In this document: in pieces, positions 24,326 to 37,500 of the stretch
Layout of the letters: every line of letters begins with the position of its first letter
Numbering within the stretch: the stretch's first letter is position 1
Assembly: GCA_002633005.1 (NCBI GenBank)
Contig: NMRA01001121.1
Span: 1-41,597, forward strand
DNA: 41,597 bases
Direction of reading: 5' to 3'
From: Phoronis australis
Taxonomy: Eukaryota > Animalia > Phoronida
The notes under the pieces: generated by a model
What the model was told of the DNA's origin: nothing
The model's input: only the letters and a program-made list of their open reading frames with translations
Database searches by the model: none
Position numbers and translations under genes: made by a program

Positions 24326-24776
24326 GCACGTCGTTCGCTGTAGGCTTCAAGTCCACTAGTAAGTCACGATGAACCTGTAAAACGCGATAACTCATCTGAG
24401 ATTAAAATTTGCAAAGAATATAACAATCAACATGAGAAAGAAACGGAGATTTTTGCACTCAGCCAAAAATATCCAAATTTTCCCTTCAACATGAAGTGCA
24501 TCTGCAAGAGCAGCCGGAAGGGCGTTGTTCGGGTAGGTGCATTGCAAACGAATGTTTATTCTCCAGTACTGTGCAGTACTGACATGTCAATTAAAGTGGC
24601 ACGGACCGCGAAAACTCGTGAAAAATACGTTTTAAACGATCCCTAACGAAAGAACCTTCTTTCAACCTTTACTACAAAGTTATTCACTTCCCCCTGCGAC
24701 GGAATTTCCAGAAAAAATGACCCAATCCATAGTTTTTTTACGTTCTTCGAGCACATGAGAATACCTTGCGACGTCC

Positions 24777-25012
24777 AGTGCGTGTCGTATGTTCACTGTC
24801 ACTAGTGCCTTCCGTGTGTTCACTGTTCTAATACATGCCGTGTGTTCACTGTACCAGTGCGTTCCGTTTGTTTACTGTACTAGGACGCGCCGCGTGTTCA
24901 CTGTACTAGTGCATGCTGTGTGTTCACTGTACTATAGTGCGTGCCGTGTGTTCACTGTACCAGTGCGTGCCGTGTTGACCTATTCAGTGTACTAGTGCAT
25001 GCCGTGTGTTCA
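24777..25012. repeat. About 26-bp minisatellite, left block
   Basis: Degenerate unit CTGTACTAGTGC(A/G)TGCCGTGTGTTCA, about 9 copies. Confidence 0.88.
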
Positions 25013-25235
25013 TTACAGCGTTTTCCCGTTGCTCCCAACTTGTTCGATTCTATAGCCCAACAACAACTTGGGAAGTTTACCCCTGTAGCCAATATCTTAC
25101 ACGACTGATTTAACTCCATTCTGGCATTTATGGTTGGAGGGCCAGCTCTCTTTTGTTCGATAATTGCTCAAATCTCCGATCAGATCGTAGGCCTATCTAG
25201 CCTGACTGGGCTGTGCTGCTAAAAATGAAAGTTAA

Positions 25236-26771
25236 AGGAGAATGCCACCCGATTTAATTAGTCTTTTTTGCGTCTTAATCGGTCTATATCCACATCGCCT
25301 TGCATACGGTCGACCTTACCTTGCCAGAAGGTGTCGCGTTAACCTGTGAGGAAGGTGAGAAACGACGCTAGCGACGTCAGCGGTTCATATGCAGAGTGAA
25401 TGCCGCTGTTGCGGTGCATCGTTCCCGCTTGTCCGAACTAAGCAGCTGCGAGGAAAGCGGGTACATCGTTTTTTTACTTCCTCGAGAGTTCGAAATGCTT
25501 AGGAAGTGGCTCATGGTAGTGAAGAATGAAATGTACGCTGTAAATAGCAAGTATGAGGCCGTAAAACATCTCCGTGTCTGTGGCCTGCAGACGTCGACAG
25601 TGCCTTACGAATGCCGGCTTACCAAATAACTCCATGCGTTCCGTTGTCTGAGCTTGGTCACGGCGTCTCTCTAGTGTTTCTTCATCACTGTATTCCTGTT
25701 CGAATTGATAGCCTGTAAAACTTAACGATCCACCTGCGAAGTCGGGACTGATGAGCTCTAGCTCGTCCTAAGTCGGGATTGCGAGTTGCCATGTTGGCGT
25801 TTATTACTGAGCGTTCTGTTTCAAAATGAATTATTCTTACCCCAACCAATACTTATATAAAACTGAAAAAAGTCTGTCTCATTAGATGCAATTTGTTATA
25901 TCTTTGGAGTGTTCGTGAGTGCAAATGATTTGAGAAGCCAGCAATGAATAAATCACTGAGTTACCGGCTTTAGGTGCAATAAAACTAATTGACGGGACCC
26001 CGGCCGTATGAGCTCATGCTAATGTAGTGTTTGCTGGCAGAAACTGCTGTGAAACAACTCGATATCCATCCCACGGCCAGGTGTTAGGGGAATCTTTATT
26101 TACATTTACATAACTCAAGTAATGATTGTCAATGTACAACTTCTGCCCTGACGGTGCTGCCGCCAAAGCGGAACCTGAATTCGCGGCCCCCGACGAGTAA
26201 GTAGATTTGCAATTTCGTGGCTCATTCACCAACATAATCACGTGCACATTACTTTGGCTCACTAGTATAGTATTTAATTGACTGGAAGTTTAGTTTCCAC
26301 TGAACTTTGGCTGGTTTATGTTCGTGATGTCTGATCAGTTTCCGAGCCACTGGCCGGGATATAGGGTCAATCCTGCCGACCGCGACGTGCCTGATTGGGC
26401 TCCGAGCCACTGGCCAGGATAACAAGCGTTTTGTGTTTAGAACTCAAAAAATCACAAGTCTGAACAACACAGATCAAAGTTCTCGTGTCTGTACTTCGAA
26501 ATTAGAACTCGGTGTATTTTTAAGGGTTTTACATCGAAGTTTGATGATTTATTGGTGTTAAACGATGACTTCAGGTGATAAGCTGACACCAGTAACCCGT
26601 GTTGAGAACTGCTGAACAGACTGCGTGTGAAACCGATGACATCATTGGATAATTTCAACACCTCGGTCTGCCGTCAGGTGTCAGGTAACGCAACCGTACG
26701 TGTCGTTATGGAGTAGAACTACTCGATCTAAATTGATACAAATTAGGTTGTTTTTTGGGTGGCATGCTCCT
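25236..26771. mobile_element. Non-autonomous Kolobok-type element, 1536 bp
   Basis: TTAA on both flanks, AG...CT termini, 15-bp TIRs AGGAGAATGCCACCC / GGGTGGCATGCTCCT (1 mismatch); decayed minus-strand frame GYQFEQEYSDEE near 25680-25715 weakly recalls the KolX accessory ORF. Confidence 0.7.
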
Positions 26772-26829
26772 TTAAGCTGCAACACTGTATTTGAGCATAA
26801 ACCAATAGCATTCCTGAGTTCCTTGCCAT

Positions 26830-27140
26830 TGTACTAGTGCATGAGGCGTGTAGTCACTGTACTAGTGCGTGCCGTATGTTAACTGCACTAGTGCATGCCG
26901 TGTGTTCACTGTACATGTACTAGTGCATGCGGCGTGTGTTCACTTACTTGTGAGTGCCGTGTGTTCACATACTAGTGCGTGCCGTGTGTTCACTGTACTA
27001 GTGCGTGTCGTATGTTCACTGCACCTGTGAGAGCCACGTGTTCACTGTACTTAGTGCATGCGGTGTGAAGTCACTGTACTAGTGCATGTCATGTGTTTTC
27101 TTTACCAGTGCATGCCGTGTGCTCACTGTACCAGTACATC
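26830..27140. repeat. About 26-bp minisatellite, right block (same unit and orientation as 24777-25012)
   Basis: Unit CTGTACTAGTGC(A/G)TGCCGTGTGTTCA, about 12 degenerate copies. Confidence 0.88.
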
Positions 27141-27255
27141 CCGTTTGTTTTATAGCAAAGGAATAATCAAAAATATTGCTGACTTTTTTTACACTTACAA
27201 ATTTACGCACTTGAGATAATCGGAGAGTTTAAAGGCGTATACAGCGCCCCCTTAA

Positions 27256-28579
27256 AGGCGAAGGCAACCCTTTTTCATGTCACTTTTAGCAAAAATAAGG
27301 TTCGTTGATTATCCCAGACACATTTTCACTTAATTACAGCTTTTCGTAATTTGATTAATTACTCGTCCTCTATTCCGGAAGTGACGTTTTGGGAGGCAAA
27401 AGTTTCGCGCCAATTTCTTTTCATTATAGTCTGACTGTGAGAGCTGTCGAGTCAGTCATTGTTCTACTTCGTTTGTGATAAGTTCGGTCGTCGTTTGCTT
27501 TTGTTTACAAGTCAGTGAACATGCCACGCTGTTGCTGCGTGCCGGGATGTACTCATTATCGTCTCACACTTGCTTTGGGTACCTTGTGTCGCTTTCCGAA
27601 GGATGACACACTTCGCCGTACTTGGCTAGCTCGTTCATGTAAAGAACGCAGCGCTACCCGTCCACGCAACGTACAAAGCAATGAAGGGTTACCGAGTGTG
27701 TGGCAAGCATTTTCTTTTATGACAGATACGTACGCTGAAATGATGAAGGTCCCTGCGAAACAACGCCTGAAGAAGGGTACCATACCGTAGCTGTTGATTC
27801 CCGGCAGTGCCCCGTCGCCAACCCCGAGAAGTGCGTTTTTGAAGCGAGAAGCCTGGCGAGCTGTGGCCACTATATACAGCGACTCGGGAGGCACTTCATC
27901 TACTGTTACCCGTGCCTCCGAACGTACCCCATTGCGTGCAATTCCGGGAACTAGCAGTGATTCGCCCTATGCTGTTGTCTCTAGCCCAGAGCCTGTAAGC
28001 AGCCCTGCAGCGATTTTGAGTAGTGGGAGTGAATACAGGCCCAGTTCGACACCCAGTGAAGAGGACAGTTCGTCATACAATGAACAGATCGGTGAGCCTA
28101 AGTTTGACAAGTTTATTGTGGAATTGTATTGAAGATATTTGGAAGGTGCCAGGTGTGTGGCGCGGGAGTCACACGGCGGGATGTAAGCAGTTTGGGTGCT
28201 CAGATCACCCTCCAGTGGGAGTGTGTCGCGGGACACTCGGGCAAGTGGGACAGTTCTTCCTCTGTACGTGAGACGATAACGAGTACACCCCAGTACGCAG
28301 CGACAGCGTGGCATGTTGACTGACTCGTAAGCAAAAGCAAACGACGACCGAACTTATCACAAACGTGGTAGAACAATGATTGACTCGACTACTGTCACAG
28401 TCAGACTACATGAAAAGAAATTGGCGCGAAATTCTTGCCTCCCAAAACGTCACTTCCGCAGTAGACGACGACTAATTAATTAAATTACGAAAAGCAGTAA
28501 ATAAGTGAAAAATATGTCTGGGATAATCAACGAACCTTATTTTCGCTAAAAATGACATGAAAAAAGGTTGCCTTCGCCT
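27256..28579 (+). mobile_element. Kolobok deletion derivative with 312-bp inverted arms (foldback)
   Basis: TTAA at 27252-27255 and 28580-28583; ends AGGCGAAGGCAACC / GGTTGCCTTCGCCT; arms 27256-27567 and 28268-28579 are diverged inverted copies. Confidence 0.9.
27521..28267 (+). pseudogene. Truncated, frameshifted THAP-domain Kolobok transposase
   Basis: MPRCCCVPGC...RFPKD...W...(shift)RVCGKHF...RLKKGTIP is a THAP C2CH finger; KFIV...FGRCQVC...WECVAGHSGKWDS is the pre-catalytic Cys/His segment seen in Kolobok transposases; DDE core absent. Confidence 0.8.
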
Positions 28580-31500
28580 TTAAATCGATCAAGGCACTCA
28601 ATAAAAAATCAAACATGCAATGACAACGTCAGTTCCTTAAAAGGTCCTGTAATTTTACACGCGACTCTTCGTTTTTACTCATAAAAAGGCTGTAGAGAAG
28701 TAAACGTCCTTTCCCGACCATAGATGACCCAAATTCTGGGAGCTTCATTTCAAAAGTTTCTGGTGACAGTGATATTTGTCCACGTCATTAACCACTGATA
28801 TGGTAACCGCCATCTTTCGATAATCCACTGTGACAGACATTTCACACTAACTTCTAAATTTACACCGAACACAGCAAAAACTTCTACAAAAGAATCTGAA
28901 AACTCCCTCAATAATTACTTACCAGTCTAATCAAGAGCACAAACCACTCTATGCGGGACCGGAGCCTTCTTGTTGGAACCAATCTGTACATGTAGCTATT
29001 GGCGGCGGTGCAAGGCTTCTAGGCGTGAAGAATTGTGAAAATCGAAAGCATCTCCCTGAAGTATTTCAATTGGAAAAATAAACCACGATTTTTCATTGAG
29101 TTGCTTGGGCACCATTAAAAAAACAGGTAAAGATGACGAGGTGGGAGGCGAAGACGGAAGGGTCGATAGAGGTGGAATCAAGATCGTCACCGCCGCGACT
29201 GAGGTCGTCTGTAGAACCCCTTTCGAGAGGGAGTGTGGCGGACTGGATGGACTTTGGGCCTTGGAGAGGGGTACCCGAGAAGATGTCCTACCCACGAATA
29301 TAACAACTGTAAGACATGAGGAGACACGGAGTGCCGAAAGATACGAACAACGGGTTACAAAGGTGATCTAACTCAAATAAAGTCAATATATCAGTGAAGG
29401 AGCGTGGAAAGAGAGCGAGACGTTGATTCGTGACCATGCAGAGGGTAATGAAATGTCGCGAAAAAATGACCGACTGACGAAAGTATGAGAATATAGGCGA
29501 AAAACTATTTCAAAAAACACAACAGGGTAGAGTTCTAAACATTTACGTATACCTATCTCGCGGCCAAAAATATTGCCAAAATTATGTGTTCTCAATGAAA
29601 ATACACCGAATTATTTCGCGTTAGCTCAGGAGATCTTGTTTTCTAGCGAGTTTCTGGCGTTAATATACTGTACCCAGCTCTTGTTAAGAAAGATGGCTGA
29701 ATGAGCTACAGCGACGCTACAATATACAAAAGAGCTAGAAATAACTGACCAATCAAATAACAAGTTGTTTGGCGTATGATTACAAAAGTAGTACGTGGTG
29801 GATGTAAATAGAAATGAGTAACGTAAAATAAACCCCAACGGTGAGTATAAAAATAGAAATGAGCAAAATCGTACCGATAAATTCATTTAACAAGTTTAAT
29901 TTGATAATTCGAAACAATCATAGATTTGACAATAGCACCAGTTACGTAAGCTGCTTTTAGTAGAAAACGTTGTTTGAACTACGCCTAATGCTTGCTCAGT
30001 CTTCTAGGTGGGGATTAAACATGGCCACAATTTCTCATGAGAAATGTTAGCTCTAACATCAGTTCCCGATATGACGAAATCTGCAGTTATACAACCCGTT
30101 ATTATCTCAAATCTTGAAATACAGACACTGCCGACTGAACCTGTCTTATTGTTGGGGACGAGGGAACGAGTTGTCAGACATTTAAGTAGCAAGTCCGATA
30201 AATAAACAATGCCAGATCTCTCCGGCCATACATTTGAAAGCCGTGTTTCACAATAAAGAACGAACGAATCAACCTCATTACCTCATAAAGGTCGCGTAGC
30301 ACACGATTAAAATTGGCGTATTAATTGATTAATACAGTCGATTCTATTTGTAAATTACCAACTATCATGGTTCCCAACTCCGTTTCCCATTCGTTATACC
30401 TGCAGGCCTAGTTATGTAAGCAACGCAATTCCTACGTCATCTGGAAGAATATCCAAAAGAGTCTTCTATAGAAAAGTGTGCAGAGCTCCCATGCACTGAC
30501 CGGGGACTTATGAAAATTATGGAAAACGTGTTTACTAGCGGAAAATTTACATGTAAAGTTTCACTTACCTGGGCCGATATCGAAGACCGAAGCCAACAAC
30601 AGCCGGAGTCGAGTTCCCACGGAGTTTGCCGTGTGACTATACATGTATATAGTGATGACCTCGTCCTAAGACGAGGCGTACTAACAATGGAATGCTTTTT
30701 AGTCGATTTGCTCAATTGTATTTTCTAAAACAGCTGCGACACGCTAAGTAAAGCCATTGGCTAGATGGTGGTTGGATATTGATTTAAACTACCTTTGTTT
30801 GGTGCATTGAGGCCTACTATAAAAAGGGTGTCAGATGACGCCATAAACTTGTCGAAAAACATTTGTCTATATACACAAAACATACCGAGAGTGGCGTACA
30901 TGAAGGAATATCCCACGAGACATTATTCCGCGTATCGACCTCGATCGACCTTCGGTCTCGGTCGATATGCGGGATAAGGTTGAGTAGGATATTACTTCTT
31001 GTACGCCAATCGAGGTACGTTTTATATTTATCCCATGCGCTTCGAATCCCTAAGTTTCTTGCATTTTTTGCGCATTTTTTCAAATACTTTACCCAGACTG
31101 TTCACATGGCGGATCACATCCTAGATGTATGTACTTGCGCGTTAGGTTGCAACTTTTCTCTTGTAAAAGAAAAAGTTTTAAAAGTAACGATTTGTTTCTT
31201 GAAAAGAAGTAGCAAAGATGAAAACAACGGCAACTGAGCAGTGAACTTATAACACTTCCTGAAAATAGTTAAAAAACAACATTTGATATTTTGATTTCGG
31301 CTAGGAATCGGCGCCTGATCGAGTTACAGACAATATGGTATTCAGCAAGTGAAAACTGAGGCATAAGTGTCCAATAATTAACAGTTTTGTTCCAGATTTT
31401 ACCTTTTAGGGCCTGGTTGCAGGCCGAGTGCTAGTTACACTGTTGCAACTGTATTACTTTAAACTATTATTCGGAAAGTTTGATGATCGAACCGGCTGAA

Positions 31501-31880
31501 GACGTCGAGTCGACATTAACCTACCTGTTGAACTTTCCATGTCAGAGGTCGCTGTTGAAGTAGTGCGGGAGGTGAATACGGAAAACATTAATTCATGGCC
31601 GTATTTCCCTCAACAGCATTGTTCGGCGCATGGGAAACAGGGTGTCAGGTGACGTCAAGAACTTGTCGATTAACATTTATTATGATTATAATTACCATAA
31701 AGCAATAATAACAATTGAAAACACAAAATATACCGGAAATACAAAAGAGACTTTCGCCAATGGATCCCTACTCGCCAAATTCACCAAAATTTCACTACTT
31801 ACAAGATAAAGCTCAGCACGCTATAGTGCGCCGCCCAGGCATGCCGCAGCTGATGTCGAGCATTTACTGCATGTAACCTG

Positions 31881-32031
31881 CCTCCCGTTCAGTAACGCTA
31901 GGACCTCGCTAAAAAGCAAGACTTCTCGAGAATACGTGAGATTTCGCCGTGTATTTTGAAAAAGAACACGTGACTTTGACTAGGTTTTAGCTAGGTCCTA
32001 GCGTAGGTCCTAGCGTCTACTGAACGCACGC
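31881..32031. mobile_element. Possible Harbinger-type MITE
   Basis: Inverted ends CGTTCAGTAACGCTAGGACCT / AGGTCCTAGCGTCTACTGAACG, flanked by CTG on both sides (CWG-type TSD). Confidence 0.5.
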
Positions 32032-32035
32032 CTGG

Positions 32036-32200
32036 TTCCCGGGCCTCACAAGCTGACGTCACGGATGGCTTGTGAAGGCCCAGGCACAGGGCACTAGAAC
32101 GATGGATTTCATTGGCTGTTAGCTGGCAATTTTTAACCAGGAAGTTGACGTGCGCATGTTTATATCCGGTAATAAGTTATGAGGTCGCTAGGTGTCGCAA
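32036..32200. promoter_or_regulatory. Promoter-like motif cluster
   Basis: CpG-richer patch with TGACGTCA (CRE, 32054-32061), ATTGG (reverse CCAAT), CAGGAAGT (ETS) and TGCGCATG (NRF1-like). No associated gene identified. Confidence 0.3.
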
Positions 32201-32468
32201 GAGTAAAAAGTTATTTTTGGGTTGCGTTTGCGGTCGATGTCTCTGGTGAAGTAGCTGTTTATATTGTTACATTATCAACAAACTGAGCTGAAATTCACGT
32301 AATTATCGATTCCCTATTATGTAAATAAACCTGAATTGACAATGGCTTCACCCTTTTCACTTGGCATTTTTCAGTTTCATTATTTGAAAGCTTTCTATGA
32401 ATTGTTTAGGTCTCTTACACCATAGATATTATTATATTATCTATACTCTATAGTCTATGCTTACACAG

Positions 32469-32626
32469 CAGGGGCGGGGATCCAGGATTTTGAGTTGGGG
32501 GAGGGGGGGCAGGGGCAGAGTATTTTGCTCGTCAGATATTCGCACCCCCAAACTTCCAAATGGAATCTGGGAGAACTTTAGACTGGGCCATGGCCCCCTT
32601 GCCCCCCCCCCCAAATCTGTACATTG
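32469..32626. mobile_element. Short hAT-like MITE, copy 1
   Basis: CAGGGGCGGGGATCCAGGATT...GCCCCCC..AAATCTGTACATTG; colinear with 37183-37335. Confidence 0.6.
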
Positions 32627-35600
32627 TTACAGAAGACACAGCTGGAGCCCAATTTCCACCACTTTGTGCAATCGTGGACTACTCAGTGTTCACTCCCTGG
32701 ATCACCACAATTTCGACCCTCCAGGTAGCAACAATTCTCGAGCTACAACCCTCCCCTCGTTGCCATAAAATTTTCTTCCCATTTCCCTCTTTGAGGTGGG
32801 ATCCTGCACAACTTGAGGGTCCTAAGCAATTCAAATCACCTTGGTGAATTTAACGTGCGTTGACTTTCAAACTTAGTGGAGAATAATTGGCCATGATGAC
32901 CAAAGTTCTAGCATGCACTGAAAACAATTGCTTCCAAGGGCATCCAGAACACCTTGGGTGTTTTCGGCTCAAATTTCACCTAATAGGCGAACGCACTGTG
33001 CAAGTGTGCAGAGTTCAGTTAGCATACTATTCTCAAGACTGAAAATCACGTGACTTCCCATATTTTGGATAAATTTAATCTCTGAGAGGATAGTTGAGGC
33101 TACGAAAGTAACCGAAGTGTTTCGAAGAAAAATCTGTAAATAGGAAAATAGCCGAGGTGCTCTAGATGTTCCGAGGATAAATTTCGTAGCTACAAAAATA
33201 CCCGAGAGATGTCCCAAATGGGCCCTAAGCTTTAATTTTATGCATAATCTGGTACTAGAAGAATCTCCACCCACTTAGACAGTGGCTAAAAAAATTAGGT
33301 ATTTGATCTGAGGTTTGGAGTTCAATGAAAATGTAGCCTAATGTTACAAATGCACGATCTTTTTATAAGGGTAATGCTAACAACTGAATTCTTTCGTAGT
33401 AATTCTTAGACAGCTGTCTTTCACTCATTAAGCTTGAAGAAGCCGGCTCAGAGATTCCTATTGTCAAAAAAGAGTCTGGTGCCCAACGTTTTAAAAATAC
33501 AGGTATCGTAGTAAAACCCTTTCTGCAGTAGGAAAAGGTACCATTTGCAGTGTTTTTAACTTCCAGAGTGAAACCCGTTGTATTCATAGGAAAAAGTTTT
33601 CTTTGGTAGGGATTTTTTCAAGCACCATTTTAAAGAGAAATTGTTTGGAAGAAATCTCCCAGCTGAGTGTCATGTTCTGTATAAACCTGTGGGAGTACCC
33701 CCTTGGAATGGTTTAAGGAGAGTACCCTGAAAGCCCAAGGATGGTGGAATGAACCCTATCCACATAAGTAACTATGTGGGTTGAACATCTTGGAAAGTAC
33801 AAGCACAATTGTTGATTTCAGAATGCGCTTATCAGCTGGTGTCTGCTGGCTTCAATATTTCCTTCGAATTAAACTCCTTTAAAGGTGCTATGAATGCACT
33901 GTATGTGATAAAGAATAAATTTTGATCCGAACAACTTACCACTAGATACAGGAATTGAAAAGACTAAAAGAGGAAAATTTTCCAGATGATGTATCGTTTC
34001 ACAAATAGGCTTGTGTGATAGAAATATTTTTCGTGTTGTAAAATTTAATTAATAAAAATAAAAGTCTTTGCATGAATGAAGTAAAAGTAATGATAAAAAA
34101 GAGGCTTGAAATCAAACAAGAGGAAACAAAAACAAAAAAATATGAAATCCTCTTAAAAGAGAAAATTCGAAGCCATGTTTCTATCCCTGTCTCAACTTGT
34201 TCCTTAGAGGACTTGGAAGAACTCAAACTTTGTTATTGCTCAAAGCAATGGTTATTGCACCAGGTCTTAAGCAATAACAAACTATCGTTCAATGGAAGCC
34301 AATATGCCACATGTAATCTCAGTAAGGATTAGTACGAGATCAAGAGTCTAACCACGAGCACACACGTGAAGCCTGACACCAGACACTAGTATCCAAATCC
34401 AACTGTTGGATATGCCAATCTCCATGCGACCAATTTTGATTAGATTTGTACTACTTTTTAGGCCAAAAACAACATTGTTGGTAGTGAGACCAATCTTATA
34501 TTGTTACATGACGGTTCTAAAAAAAGGTTGGGTTAATAGCAGCTTAAAAATGGTACACTTTGTGGACAAGTAACTTAAAATGGATTATTTTAGTACAGAT
34601 GCTTTCTTATTCTCCACATTGTATTTAAATGCTTTTTGGGTTAAACAGGTTCTAGCTCAGTCTTGATGGATTGATTTAAAACCCTGAACAGGGATTATTA
34701 GATCATGTTTTGGGAATACACATCTAGAGTGGATGCTTTCAATCCAAATTGAACTCGAAATTATTTTTATCACTCCCAGTCCACTTCCTTGCAAGTTCAA
34801 CAGTCGTTGAGTCGGGGTCCAGGAGAGAGAGGACACTTGCATAGATTGCATATGACCAAATGTGCCCCTCTGACCAGTGACTCAGGCATTACAAAAGTCA
34901 GCATGAAAGGGCGAATTTTCAAATAAATTACACTCAAAGATATTTACTTTTTGGTTTGAACTGTATAAAATGATCCATTTTTCCACCAAAACCACTGAAG
35001 GTTTCATATACAACTGAGGCTTGTTGTGTTAAAAAGAATACAGCCTAGAGAGATTCTTGCTGAAATTCAATTCCCTGTAAATAATAACTTTGCGTAATTA
35101 TTTTATCAGAAAAGTTGACTCTTTCATTGAGGCTCTCACCAAAATGGGTCAGTTTTAATGACTGTGCCAACTCACAAAAGGGTGAGGTTTTATCTTGCTG
35201 ATTATAGAAAAGAGTGGGTATAATCATAATTTCACAGCAACAAACAACCTCCGAAATAATTGAATACTCCGTATGACTGTACGATTGCAATCAAAGGCAT
35301 GCACTGCTGAATGGCACCGCCAAAAGCGATAAAATCAGTCATTATAACACTATTGCTAGACTGATTAATGTTTGCGTGTTTAGGACCATTGACTGTATTT
35401 TTATGCTCCTAACTTCTGTTAGAAGTGACATGTGTGCCAGTGACAGTGTATTATATCCTTATCTGACCCACCAGTTCAACCTTCACAGCATTCACGGGAA
35501 CTTATATAACACACATGAACATGTTAACATACGAGAGGGTGTGCTCTAAAAAGATCGAGACTCAGCAAGTCCTTTCCCGCTATTCGGTGATAGTACGCGA

Positions 35601-36726
35601 CTGTTGTTGTGGGTGGCCTAATGGTAATGGCAGGTAATGCCTATTTCTTCCACAAATTATTTCGTAAAAAATCACATTACTTCAGAATCCAGCATAGTAT
35701 ACTGGACAATTATCATAAAATGTTTCGTATACGTTACTGGTGATGTATTCCTTGACTCTTTAGCTTTGAAATGCAGGAGTTCGATCAAAACACAGATAGA
35801 TTTAAACAGCTGTAAATCCACCGACATTCTTTCACTGGAAGTCGCCATGTTGGTGAACTAGTTTGACCTATTATACAACTGACCAATGGAATGCCTTGTT
35901 TCTTGAAATCGGAACAGCCAATGATATTCTAAGAATGCGGATGGAAAAATGCCCTGTAGCAGACCCCAACCAACCTCGAGGGTCTTTGCAGGAGACTATT
36001 ACTGCATGGTGGATATACACTACGAAAACAATAACATCATTTGTGATTCTCCATTTTGTTTAGTGTGAAAAGTCGTCAGATGCTGCGGCTGGTTTTCCTG
36101 TGATAAAAACGTCAAGGCGACTGTGATTTTGTGTAGTGGTGGTGTCAGCTTAGTACTTGAGTACACTGTGGCTCTTTTCATTTACCCGCGGGACATTAGA
36201 GATATAACACACGTTTGAACAAGAAAGACGTATGTTGGCGACTTTGACACACAAGGGTCAGGTTCAAAGGTCACACCATCTTCTTGGAGCTAAGAATCGT
36301 CATAGTATAGTGGCAGATCTACGTTTTCAGTTAGGGTGTTTAGGATTCGCACAAATCCGAGGCGTGTAGCGCCGAGGGGAGGGAAGGTTGGAAGGGGGTT
36401 TGCCCCCTCCCGTGCAAGATTTTTTGGTTTTTAGTGGCTGATTTCGTTTTTCTGGCGACTTTTTTAAAAAATTTTATTTTTGATATTGTCCCGAGAGGGG
36501 TATGAACCCCCTGAACCCCCCTGTAGATCACAAAGTAAATGAACAAAATCACGAACAAGTGGTATCTGACACGACTTAGGTACTTGAGTATTTTTGGCAA
36601 GTGGTGTCGCCCGAAAATTTGGATACCTATCCATTTACAGAGTAGGTTTGGGCAAAAAATGACCAATTAAAGAGTGATTTTGAGTAAATATGAGAAAAGG
36701 CACTATTTTAGATACTACTTCTACTG

Positions 36727-36732
<6 letters not shown>

Positions 36733-36789
<57 letters not shown>
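36733..36789. repeat. (CTG)19 microsatellite with CTA-type flanks
   Basis: Pure CTG run seen directly. Confidence 0.95.
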
Positions 36790-37182
36790 ATGCTGCTGCT
36801 ACTAAATGCATTATGGTTCCCCAAAATTTTAAATTCATCTTCCCATAATAGACAGCGAGTGGTGTTTCAAAAGAATCTTAAAGGGGTAAGTTCCACTTTA
36901 ACGATATTCTGATAAACGTCTTGACAACTGTGAATGCAGTCGTTGACCAACTTTTTTTAAACGAGGACGATGAGACTTAAACATTTGTTTAGACGTGGCG
37001 CCAACTTCAAAAATTTATTGTTTCTGACCTGTGGGCTAGCAAGTTTGTGAAATAACGACACCCTTCCGTAAACTGGTTCCCAGGTCTCACACTGGTTAGC
37101 GTCTAGAGGGTCTGTGCAGGTAAAAATCTTTTTATGTTTGCCACGGAAGACTGGATTCAAGCTAACCTTTTACTTGCGACTT

Positions 37183-37335
37183 CAGGGTTGATCCAGGATT
37201 AGAGTTGGGGGGCAGGGAAGAGTATTAGCCAGGATTTTGCGGGTCAGACATTCACACCCCCGAACTGTGAAATGGAATCTGGAAGTTTTTTGGGGGGCAT
37301 GGCCCCTTTGCCCCCCGCCCTTAAATACGTCACTG
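37183..37335. mobile_element. Short hAT-like MITE, copy 2
   Basis: CAGGGTTGATCCAGGATT...AAATACGTCACTG; shares GATCCAGGATT, GAGTTGGGGG, AAATGGAATCTGG, CATGGCCCC with 32469-32626. Confidence 0.6.
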
Positions 37336-37500
37336 GACTAACACTTGAACATGAGGAAACCCACCGTGTTCTCAATTTTGTGTCTTTTTGAAAACATTCC
37401 TTATAATTTCAAATACTCACTGGGTAATGTTCCACGAGTACATGTAGTTCCGGGACCGCAATACGGAACACAATATCACATGGCTGTATTGATCTTGAAT

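Noticed and set aside
32632-36063. Possible + strand exons (about 32632-32723, 33409-33501) and DIRS-like fragments near 34.0-34.8 kb
   Set aside because: No recognisable domain or consistent gene model; motifs too degraded to support a call.
36635-36838. Poly-alanine ORF
   Set aside because: Just the CTG microsatellite in translation.
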